IMG/VR virus record: IMGVR_UViG_2660238061_000003
Source of the DNA: a virus
Taxonomy: Duplodnaviria > Heunggongvirae > Uroviricota > Caudoviricetes
Reading direction: 5' to 3' (one strand)
DNA: 6,101 bases
Shown piece by piece: positions 1 through 6,101 of this stretch; the first letter of the stretch is position 1; each line of letters begins with the position of its first letter. Below the pieces are notes generated by a model. That model was given only the letters and a program-made list of their open reading frames with translations, ran no database searches and was not told the DNA's origin. The position numbers and the translations under genes were made by a program.

Positions 1-23
1 TCAGATAATGCCCGATGACTTTG
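1..23 (-). mobile_element. IS1 internal fragment near the right end (insB 3' region), cut by the window edge and the N-run
   Basis: Reverse complement CAAAGTCATCGGGCATTATCTGA matches my recollection of IS1 about 45-70 nt inside its right terminus. Only 23 nt, so identity is tentative. Confidence 0.5.
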
Positions 24-33
24 NNNNNNNNNN

Positions 34-480
34 AATGTATTCCTGAAGCGTTCTCAGTGCTGTTTGGTCGCGGATAATTCCGTCCCGGATATCGAGAACG
101 TTTCGTCCAGCAACTGGAGAGAGTTCGACGGTGGCATCATTGCCCATGCCGGAGGCGCTGGAGGTTTCGGCTGAGGATGGCACAGAGCATTTTCCTTTGA
201 CGAGCACCCGACCACCATTATCAAGCTTGCGCCGAAGAGCATCATTTTCAGCTTTCGCATCAGCCAACTCCTTCGTGTATTTAGCATCGAGTACATCAGC
301 AGCACGCTGGCGTTGCTGCATGTCAGTAATGGTGGCGGTCGCCTGCTTCAGCTCACTGACTTTTTTATCACGCTGTTCTTTGTAGGCGATGGCGTTATCA
401 CGGTAATGATTGACCGCCCACGACAGGCAGACGATGATGCAGATAACCAGAGCATAAATAATCGCGGCGACTCTGCTCAC
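34..480 (-). CDS. Rz: Rz i-spanin (inner-membrane spanin subunit), 3' end lost at the N-run
   Basis: Minus-strand ORF with an N-terminal hydrophobic segment ([19 protein letters not shown]) followed by a charged, helical periplasmic region, closely resembling lambda Rz as recalled. Likely start is GTG at 480-478, overlapping the R stop TGA at 479-477 (GTGA coupling); the ORF track extends to a TTG at 495. The last six codons of the tracked ORF (KSSGII) come from the IS1 fragment beyond the N-run and are not part of Rz. Confidence 0.85.
54..260 (-). CDS. Rz1: Rz1 o-spanin (outer-membrane lipoprotein) embedded in a different frame of Rz
   Basis: ORF in the alternate frame entirely inside Rz. 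Start chosen by similarity to lambda Rz1 (MRKLKMML vs MLKLKMML). Has a lipobox-like MVVGC and a proline-rich stretch ([11 protein letters not shown]) typical of Rz1. Stop TGA at 56-54. Confidence 0.7.
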   Translation of the reverse strand: MRKLKMMLFGASLIMVVGCSSKENALCHPQPKPPAPPAWAMMPPSNSLQLLDETFSISGTELSATKQH

Positions 481-1010
481 TGATCTATCCCCCAACAGGC
501 TAATGCGCTTTCCTGGTCACGACGAATAACCTGTCCATAGCAGTTATTTGAACGTATGCGGCAATCGCGCCCACCATCTTTTATCCACCAGCGAATCGCC
601 TCGCATGCACCCTTACGATCACCGGCATTCAGCCGCTTATAAAACGTCGACGGGAAACACTTACCGGGGCCAATGTTATAGGGACAAAATGACGCTATAC
701 CCGCTTTCTGTGGTTCGGTCAGTGGCACTTTAATATTGCGCTCCACCCATGCCAGCGCCTTATCCCGTTCAATGGCGTTAACCTGGTCGCATTTTTCCTT
801 CGACAGTTTCATACCGGGAAAAACGGGTTTTCCATCCACCACCGTGGCACCCCGACAGATGGTCCAGATGCCGGAACCATCGCGGTATGCCGTTGTGTGG
901 TTACCTTCTTTTTCATTCAGAAACTGGTCGAGAATATCAGGCGCAGGCGCACCGACGGCAATCAGTGCCAGAACGGCAGCCGACAGGCCGTATCTGATTT
1001 TTACGTTCAT
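477..1010 (-). CDS. R: SAR endolysin (T4-type lysozyme fold, phage 21 / Stx-phage R-like)
   Basis: 177-aa ORF. N-terminal Gly/Ala-rich weakly hydrophobic signal-anchor-release segment ([18 protein letters not shown]). Catalytic triad spacing E-x8-D-x5-T in [16 protein letters not shown]. Strong recalled similarity to lambdoid prophage lysozymes of E. coli (RrrD/RrrQ/933W R type). Confidence 0.9.
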   Translation of the reverse strand: MNVKIRYGLSAAVLALIAVGAPAPDILDQFLNEKEGNHTTAYRDGSGIWTICRGATVVDGKPVFPGMKLSKEKCDQVNAIERDKALAWVERNIKVPLTEPQKAGIASFCPYNIGPGKCFPSTFYKRLNAGDRKGACEAIRWWIKDGGRDCRIRSNNCYGQVIRRDQESALACWGIDQ

Positions 1011-1115
1011 GGATATTTATCAGGATTTATCGGTTTCTGAACCCTGGATATGTTTATCTGTCCCGGCCTGTTGAATCAGGCAAGGAATAGTTAAATACAA
1101 TAGAGAGGATTGTTT

Positions 1116-1388
1116 ATGGACAATAGCACCATTTCTCTACAGGAGTTGCTCGACTGCATTTCCAAGCTTCGGGATGATGTAAATGCCCTTACTGTCGCAT
1201 TTTCATATCTGGCATTCTCAATTCCCAAGGAACAAATGCAACCAACACTGGCATCGCTCCAGCTTGAATCACTCAACCCCAAATGGTCCCAGCAACAACA
1301 AAATTCTTTCAAGTGGCTGGCGGTATTACTGGAAGAAAAATATGCTGGTGAAATTACCATTTCGGCGGAGTCTTCAGAGAACCAGTAA
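1116..1388 (+). CDS. hypothetical acidic 90-aa protein, no predicted transmembrane segment, function unknown
   Basis: Clean ORF with ATG at 1116 preceded by GAGAGGA (1103-1109) and stop TAA at 1386-1388. The overlapping minus-strand ORF 1091..1486 is low-complexity and crosses an N-run. No family recognised from memory. Confidence 0.4.
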   Translation: MDNSTISLQELLDCISKLRDDVNALTVAFSYLAFSIPKEQMQPTLASLQLESLNPKWSQQQQNSFKWLAVLLEEKYAGEITISAESSENQ

Positions 1389-1441
1389 TTCTTCCCGGTA
1401 GCTTTCCTTTGTAGGTTATCCACACATTCTGNNNNNNNNNN

Positions 1442-1978
1442 GACGAAAGGGGATACGGGAAAACGTAAAACCTTCGTGAACACCACGCTCGGTGAGACGT
1501 GGGAAGCGAAAATCGGCGAACGTCCGGATGCTGAAGTGATGGCAGAGCGGAAAGAGCATTATTCAGCGCCCGTTCCTGACCGTGTGGCTTACCTGACTGC
1601 CGGTATCGACTCCCAGCTGGACCGCTACGAAATGCGCGTATGGGGATGGGGGCCGGGTGAGGAAAGCTGGCTGATTGACCGGCAGATTATTATGGGTCGC
1701 CACGACGATGAACAGACGCTGCTGCGTGTGGATGAGGCCATCAATAAAACCTATACCCGCCGGAATGGTGCAGAAATGTCGGTATCCCGTATCTGCTGGG
1801 ATACTGGCGGGATTGACCCGACCATTGTGTATGAACGCTCGAAAAAACATGGGCTGTTCCGGGTGATCCCCATTAAAGGGGCATCCGTCTACGGAAAGCC
1901 GGTGGCCAGCATGCCACGTAAGCGAAACAAAAACGGGGTTTACCTTACCGAAATCGGTACGGATACCGCGAAAGAGCA
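1442..1978 (+). CDS. A: terminase large subunit (lambda gpA-like) internal fragment, copy 1; no native start or stop
   Basis: Translation GDTGKRKTFVNTTLGETWEAKIGERPDAEVMAERKEHYSAPVPDRVAYLTAGIDSQLDRYEMRVWGWGPGEESWLIDRQIIMGRHDDEQTLLRVDEAINKTYTRRNGAEM...LTEIGTDTAKE matches the middle of lambda gpA as recalled. Bounded on both sides by N-runs. Confidence 0.85.
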
Positions 1979-1988
1979 NNNNNNNNNN

Positions 1989-2275
1989 TCTGACCGGCAA
2001 ACTTATCCGCAGCGAGGATGAGGGGCTGGTCACCCACTGGCACTATGACGAAGCAGACCGCCTCACGCACCGCACCGTGAATGGCGAAACCGCAGAGCGG
2101 TGGCGGTATGACGAACGCGGCTGGCTGACAGACACCAGCCATATCAGCGAAGGGCACCGGGTGGCGGTGTATTACGGATATGATGAGAAAGGCCGGCTGA
2201 CCGGTGAGCGTCAGACGGTGCATCATCCGCAGACGAATGAACTGCTCTGGCAGCATGAGACCAGACATGCGTACA
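1989..2275 (+). CDS. rhs: Rhs-family core fragment (YD repeats), internal piece
   Basis: Open frame from 1990 encodes LTGKLIRSEDEGLVTHWHYDEADRLTHRTVNGETAERWRYDERGWLTDTSHISEGHRVAVYYGYDEKGRLTGERQTVHHPQTNELLWQHETRHAY, with repeated YDxxGRL-type motifs typical of E. coli Rhs cores. Flanked by N-runs. Confidence 0.8.
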
Positions 2276-2285
2276 NNNNNNNNNN

Positions 2286-2367
2286 GAGTTCTCAGGAGAA
2301 CCCCGCTGACCCGGCGGCGTGTTTGCCGTTGTTCCGTGTCAGTGGTGGCGCATTATAGGGAGTTATT
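2286..2367 (-). promoter_or_regulatory. rRNA operon P1 promoter fragment: end of spacer, -10 TATAAT, GC-rich discriminator, and about 57 nt of leader
   Basis: Reverse complement AATAACTCCCTATAATGCGCCACCACTGACACGGAACAACGGCAAACACGCCGCCGGGTCAGCGGGGTTCTCCTGAGAACTC matches the rrnB P1 region as I recall it. The -10 is at 2357-2352 and the discriminator GCGCCACC at 2351-2344 on the minus strand. The -35/UP element and the P2 promoter would lie in or beyond the flanking N-runs. Confidence 0.7.
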
Positions 2368-2377
2368 NNNNNNNNNN

Positions 2378-2758
2378 CGCCGGTATCGACTCCCAGCTGG
2401 ATCGCTACGAAATGCGCGTATGGGGATGGGGGCCGGGTGAGGAAAGCTGGCTGATAGATCGGCAGATTATTATGGGCCGCCACGACGATGAACAGACGCT
2501 GCTGCGTGTGGATGAGGCCATCAATAAAACCTATACCCGCCGGAATGGTGCAGAAATGTCGATATCCCGTATCTGCTGGGATATTGGCGGGATTGACCCG
2601 ACCATTGTGTATGAACGCTCGAAAAAGCATGGGCTGTTCCGGGTGATCCCCATTAAAGGGGCATCCGTCTACGGTAAGCCGGTGGCCAGCATGCCTCGTA
2701 AGCGAAACAAAAACGGGGTTTACCTTACCGAAATCGGTACGGATACCGCGAAAGAGCA
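2378..2758 (+). CDS. A: terminase large subunit (lambda gpA-like) internal fragment, copy 2
   Basis: In register with 1598-1978 (offset exactly 780 bp); 10 mismatches in 381 bp, 8 of them synonymous. Encodes AGIDSQLDRYEMRVWGWGPGEESWLIDRQ...TEIGTDTAKE. Ends at the same nucleotide as copy 1, followed by an N-run. Confidence 0.85.
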
Positions 2759-2997
2759 NNNNNNNNNNCCCCCCCGGTAGAGTTGCCCCTACTCCGGTTT
2801 TCGAGACCGATGATACAGAGTCGAAAAATCAAAGAGTTAAAAATTTCTCTTGGAATAAATGTCTTAAAATTGTACACGAAAAATCAATGAATTACATAAC
2901 ATTAAAGAAGAATATTCCAAGCCTTCTTGAGGCTACCACCTGTTTTCAGGTGTCATTCAGACGTGATTTGCCCCAGATTGGGAAAGCACGCTTTTTT

Positions 2998-3055
2998 GGT
3001 GATGCTGCCAACTTACTGATTTAGTGTATGATGGTGTTTTTGAGGTGCTCCAGTG
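2998..3055 (+). mobile_element. IS1 left terminus (IRL plus leader up to the insA GTG start), cut by the N-run
   Basis: GGTGATGCTGCCAACTTACTGATTTAGTGTATGATGGTGTTTTTGAGGTGCTCCAGTG matches the first about 58 nt of IS1 as recalled. The final GTG (3053-3055) corresponds to the insA start codon. Confidence 0.8.
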
Positions 3056-3065
3056 NNNNNNNNNN

Positions 3066-3319
3066 TCTTTCAGTGACTGTTGCAATGGCTGTGAGGGAGA
3101 ATCTTTAAGCCATTGCGTTTCAGTGGCATTTTTCCACTCAACCAGCCAGGAAGCCATTTTCCCGTAAGGGATGTATTTATTACCGGCCTCATGATTCTCA
3201 TTCTGACGTGCCAGAGCACGATTGAAAACGAAACGACATGCGCCTGCGAAGCGCCTCATTTCACACTCCTGTTGACCACCTGGTCTTAACTGGAATTTAA
3301 ATGCCTGTAATCGTTTCAC
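3066..3319 (-). CDS. tnpB: TnpB (IS200/IS605-family OrfB, InsQ/IS609-like) N-terminal about 84 codons, cut by the N-run
   Basis: GTG start at 3319-3317. Translation MKRLQAFKFQLRPGGQQECEMRRFAGACRFVFNRALARQNE...WLKDSPSQPLQQSLK matches the conserved TnpB N-terminal region (compare the recalled IS608/ISDra2 pattern KAFxxRLYP...RFVYN...LQxSLKxLE). Confidence 0.7.
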
Positions 3320-3326
3320 AGGTCAA

Positions 3327-3503
3327 ATGATACTTTGGTCTGTGAAAAAAGAAACCGATATCCGGCGTGGAAGGCATTGTGTTTTCCTGATGCATGTTCA
3401 CCTGCTCTTTGTCACCAGATACCGACGCCAGATTTTTGACCATGACGCGACAGAAAAACTACGCACTTACTTTTCAAATGTATGTGCTGATTTTGAAGCT
3501 GAA
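3327..3503 (+). CDS. tnpA: TnpA (IS200/IS605 Y1 HuH transposase) N-terminal fragment, cut by the N-run
   Basis: RRGRHCVFLMHVHLLFVTRYRRQIF aligns with the TnpA N-terminal beta-strand motif (ISDra2 KKGRGYVYQLEYHLIWCVKYRHQVL, recalled). ATG at 3327, only 7 bp from the divergent tnpB start. Confidence 0.6.
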
Positions 3504-3513
3504 NNNNNNNNNN

Positions 3514-4249
3514 ATGGCACATGGCCTGTCTATAGCTAATTCCGAAGTCAGGACGTTAACCGCCGATACCGATAGCGGGAAAGATGCAGCGGCAGCACTT
3601 GCCGCGCGACTGCTGCAAGCCTCGCGCGAATCTGCCGGAAATACTTATCTTACACATAAAGGTTTCCCGGAACATATTTGCCATGAGCTGACTTCAGCTC
3701 ATAAAACCGGTGGGGTGATGTTCCGCCCCGGTGATTTGATCGTCCCGCTCTATAACGCTGACGGGGAGCTGGTGAATATTCAGCTTATCAGTGGCAATGG
3801 TAGCAAGTGTTTTCTTAAAGGAGGTCAGGTTAAGGAGGCCTATCATCTTATAGAAGGGGGCGGGAGTTCAGTAAGAAGAATGTGGATTACGGAAGGCTAC
3901 GCCACGGCGCTTACCATTCATCATCTGACTGGAGAAGCCGTCATGGTGGCATTTTCGGCGGTCAACTTTCTTTCTCTGGCCAGCGTTGCCCATAACAAGT
4001 ATCCGGGATATCAGTTAATTATTGCAGCGGACCGCGATCTGAATGGTTCAGGCCAGAACAGGGCGGAAGCTGCTGCAAAAGCGTGTCAATGTGACATTGT
4101 CCTGCCACCGGTTTTTGGTGACTGGAATGATGCGCTTGCCCATTACGGAGAGGAATCCACCCTGAAGGCAATTCTTGAGGCTTTGAAGCCACATAACGCC
4201 AGTCCTTTCGACACGATGAGTGAAGCAGAATTCACAGCGATGAGTGTCA
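3514..4249 (+). CDS. DNA primase fragment with EGYATA motif (P4 alpha / plasmid TraC-Sog type, Toprim-like), truncated at both ends
   Basis: Open frame across the whole block. Contains ITEGYATAL (about 3892-3909) and the acidic motifs AADRDLNG and GDWND, matching the published EGYATA primase signature. The frame continues through the flanking N-runs only by chance. Confidence 0.65.
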
Positions 4250-4259
4250 NNNNNNNNNN

Positions 4260-4553
4260 AACTTTTCCGTTATTACCGTTGATTTCCGTACCGGTGGAAT
4301 CCTTGCCGTCAACGGTGGTTTTGCCGTTGTTGTTTGCCGTGGCGTCATCACCATTAATCTGGGTGCCGGTGCCGCCGTTGGTGATGGAACTGTCGTCTTC
4401 GTTGTTAACAACCGCCTTGTCACCGTCGATCTGGATACCCATGGACTCCGGATCGGTGACGGTCATGGTGCCCTTGTTATCCACCGTCGCACTGTCGCCG
4501 GTGATATCAATCCCGTGACCGCCGCCGCTGACATCCAGATCGCCGTCCTGAAT
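4260..4553 (-). CDS. Gly/Asn/Thr/Asp-rich repeat protein fragment, adhesin-passenger-like or tail-fibre-like
   Basis: The minus strand is open over all 98 codons and shows about 14-residue periodicity (IDITGDSATVDNKG / IQIDGDKAVVNNED / TQINGDDATANNNG / TEINGNNGKV). The plus-strand frame is also open but reads as Pro/Leu/Val-rich antisense. Family not determinable without a search. Confidence 0.4.
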
Positions 4554-4563
4554 NNNNNNNNNN

Positions 4564-4806
4564 TCCGGCGGTAAAGAATGATCCGGCAATGGCGGCTGCT
4601 CCCAGGACAATCTGGAATACGCCCCCTGACTTGGCCCCGGCGACTCTGGGAACAATATGAATCACAGCGCCGTCAGGCAGAACCTCATGTAACTGCGCCG
4701 TCAATCCGGACGTGCTGACATCCCGCCCGGCAATCCGTACCTGATACCAGCCGTCGCTCAGTTTCTGACGAAACGCCGGGTTCTGCATGGCCAGCGCCCG
4801 GATGGC
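4564..4806 (-). CDS. I: lambda gpI-like tail assembly protein fragment
   Basis: Translation AIRALAMQNPAFRQKLSDGWYQVRIAGRDVSTSGLTAQLHEVLPDGAVIHIVPRVAGAKSGGVFQIVLGAAAIAGSFFTAG is near-identical to the middle of lambda gpI as recalled. Bounded by N-runs. Confidence 0.8.
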
Positions 4807-4816
4807 NNNNNNNNNN

Positions 4817-4912
4817 GCCTTTTTCTCTGATCCAACGGTTAACAGTTTGTTTAGCCACACCGAGGCATTCAGCCAGTTCTTCGGTGGTCATTTTATTGCG
4901 TAATCTTTTCAT
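4817..4912 (-). CDS. yfeD: YfeD-like HTH DNA-binding protein, N-terminal 32 codons only (cut by the N-run)
   Basis: MKRLRNKMTTEELAECLGVAKQTVNRWIREKG with ATG at 4912-4910, one nucleotide after the yfeC stop. Paralogous to the upstream gene; the name is assigned from the recalled K-12 order alaX-alaW-yfeC-yfeD. Confidence 0.65.
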
Positions 4913-4913
4913 A

Positions 4914-5273
4914 TTATTTGCTATCGCGAATCCCTAAGCGTTGTAACAATCCGATAATCCCTTCCCGCAGAAGCAAGGATGTAAACTGTTTTTGTTCAAC
5001 TGGCGTCATCTCTTTCGCCAGTGTCACCAGCAATACTTCAAGCGGCGCATCACCAGAAAGGGCAGGCGCTTCTCCCTGACCTTCTGGACGTTCAGCATTG
5101 CGAATATATTCACGAACCTGTTCATTGACGTGAACCAGTCGGGCTTTGCCACCCTGGACGCCAGGTTTTGGTGACGTTGTCCAGCCTTCCTTGCGTACCC
5201 ATTTATTAATGGTCTGGCGGCTATAGCCGGTCAGTCTGGCAAGTTCATCTGGTGTCATCCTCTCCTTGAACAT
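4914..5273 (-). CDS. yfeC: YfeC-like small HTH DNA-binding protein (DUF1323-type)
   Basis: 119-aa ORF MFKERMTPDELARLTGYSRQTINKWVRKEGW... with an AGGGA Shine-Dalgarno about 7 nt upstream and stop TAA at 4916-4914. Matches recalled E. coli YfeC and sits next to tandem tRNA-Ala(GGC) as in K-12. Confidence 0.75.
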   Translation of the reverse strand: MFKERMTPDELARLTGYSRQTINKWVRKEGWTTSPKPGVQGGKARLVHVNEQVREYIRNAERPEGQGEAPALSGDAPLEVLLVTLAKEMTPVEQKQFTSLLLREGIIGLLQRLGIRDSK

Positions 5274-5432
5274 AACAATTCCCTGAATGTATGTGGGTCT
5301 ATTAGTAGTTCATTTTATAACACCACTTTACAGGAAACCGTGACATGAATAACTACTGAATGCGAGCGGTTTTCCAAAATTGTTCATTTGCCTGATTTTT
5401 CAGCGATTGAAACTACACGTTGCAATTTGCCG

Positions 5433-5461
5433 TTGACACATTCGGGCGGAATTCATATGAT
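5433..5461 (+). promoter_or_regulatory. sigma70 promoter of the tRNA-Ala operon (-35 TTGACA, 17-bp spacer, -10 TATGAT), followed by a GC-rich discriminator
   Basis: TTGACA at 5433-5438 and TATGAT at 5456-5461 with exact 17-bp spacing. GCCGCCC follows immediately (stringent-type discriminator). Lies about 32 nt upstream of the first tRNA. Confidence 0.7.
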
Positions 5462-5493
5462 GCCGCCCGTCAACTCGACAAGCTTTACGTGAC

Positions 5494-5569
<76 letters not shown>

Positions 5570-5608
5570 AATTTTGCACCCAGCAAACTTGGTACGTAAA
5601 CGCATCGT

Positions 5609-5670
<62 letters not shown>

Positions 5671-5680
5671 NNNNNNNNNN

Positions 5681-5809
5681 TATTTCATTTGCAGGCAAAT
5701 TCATGAGCCAATCCGCATCCTGAAGCGGTTTCTTTGCCCTTGCGAGGAGTGTCACTACATGTCCGGTTGCAGCCTGAATCTGTTTTTCCGTCAATTGTTG
5801 TTCTGCCAT
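5681..5809 (-). CDS. small hypothetical protein, N-terminal 43 codons (cut by the N-run)
   Basis: ATG at 5809-5807 preceded by a consensus AGGAGG Shine-Dalgarno (5824-5819, 9-nt spacing). Encodes MAEQQLTEKQIQAATGHVVTLLARAKKPLQDADWLMNLPANEI. The longer tracked ORF 5558..5839 runs into the tRNA antisense and is not credible. Confidence 0.35.
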
Positions 5810-5828
5810 ATCGTTGTTCCTCCTCATT

Positions 5829-6101
5829 TTATTGTGCATGACGGTCTTTAAGAGTACAGGCTGAACCGTAGCGGCCCAGGGGCTGTGGCTGACGCTCGAG
5901 GGAATCGCTCCTCGATTTAGGCTCCGGCGCCGTTGGTTTATGGGGTTTCATAATTATCGTGTCGACACTTTCAAGGGCAGTAAATGTGCACGAACATTCA
6001 AGATTCTGGCACTGATACCATGAGCGCTTAACCGATGGGGCTTCATAGGCGCTGGTTCTGGCATGAGCGACCGTGCCACATTCAGGACATTTCAGGGCCA
6101 T
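5829..6101 (-). CDS. ogr: Ogr/Delta-family zinc-finger late transcription activator (P2 Ogr / P4 Delta-like)
   Basis: MALKCPECGTVAHARTSAYEAPSVKRSWYQCQNLECSCTFTALESV has the CxxC...CxxxxC zinc finger and AHxRTS motif of P2 Ogr as recalled. The start ATG coincides with the window edge (6101); stop TAA at 5831-5829. About 18 aa longer at the C-terminus than the 72-aa P2 Ogr. Confidence 0.75.
   Translation of the reverse strand: MALKCPECGTVAHARTSAYEAPSVKRSWYQCQNLECSCTFTALESVDTIIMKPHKPTAPEPKSRSDSLERQPQPLGRYGSACTLKDRHAQ

Noticed and set aside
1-33. KSSGII as the C-terminus of Rz
   Set aside because: Those codons lie in the IS1 fragment beyond the N-run and are in frame only by chance.
131-1074. 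Plus-strand ORFs 131..385, 548..733 and 736..1074
   Set aside because: They are antisense to Rz and R, which have clear homology and motifs; there is no start context or recognisable content.
1091-1486. 131-aa minus-strand ORF upstream of R, considered as a possible holin
   Set aside because: It crosses an N-run, is Cys/Ser-rich low-complexity with no TM helices, and is antisense to a better-supported plus-strand ORF.
1563-2033. Minus-strand ORFs 1563..2033 and 2292..2630 overlapping the terminase fragments
   Set aside because: The near-identical pair simply mirrors the terminase repeat in antisense; the plus-strand frames match lambda gpA and the minus frames match nothing.
1442-2758. Rhs and rrn P1 sequence as a genuine insertion inside a duplicated terminase gene
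   Set aside because: Every junction is an N-run and the combination is biologically incoherent; it is more parsimonious as concatenated fragments.
3394-4518. 374-aa plus-strand ORF spanning the tnpA, primase and adhesin blocks
   Set aside because: It reads through two N-runs and fuses the tnpA fragment, the primase fragment and the antisense of the repeat protein. It is an artefact of frame continuity across gaps.
4507-4860. 117-aa minus-strand ORF joining the gpI fragment to yfeD-region sequence
   Set aside because: It is chimeric across N-runs 4554-4563 and 4807-4816; only the central 81 codons (4564-4806) are real gpI-like sequence.
4992-5174. 60-aa plus-strand ORF inside yfeC
   Set aside because: It is antisense to the well-supported yfeC ORF and has no start context.

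Overview
This 6,101-bp window is Escherichia-type DNA but not a colinear locus. Twelve runs of exactly 10 N (24-33, 1432-1441, 1979-1988, 2276-2285, 2368-2377, 2759-2768, 3056-3065, 3504-3513, 4250-4259, 4554-4563, 4807-4816, 5671-5680) cut it into 13 blocks, and genes, a tRNA and a promoter all break at these runs. The content is almost entirely fragments of repeated or mobile DNA: IS1 ends, a lambdoid lysis cassette (SAR endolysin R, Rz/Rz1 spanins), two diverged copies of a lambda gpA-like terminase fragment, an Rhs YD-repeat fragment, an rrn P1 promoter fragment, the 5' ends of divergent IS200/IS605 tnpA/tnpB, an EGYATA-motif primase fragment, an adhesin- or tail-fibre-like repeat fragment, a lambda gpI-like fragment, the chromosomal yfeD-yfeC-alaW-alaX locus, and an Ogr/Delta zinc-finger gene. 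The pattern fits short repeat-boundary contigs or excised segments joined with N10 spacers, so adjacency across any N-run should not be read as biology. I find no convincing evidence for a new multi-gene system. The only contiguous multi-gene stretches are 34-1431 (a lysis cassette lacking a holin, with a divergent unknown 90-aa ORF) and 4817-5670 (yfeD-yfeC with tandem tRNA-Ala). All identifications rest on motifs and recalled sequences of well-known proteins; no database search was run.
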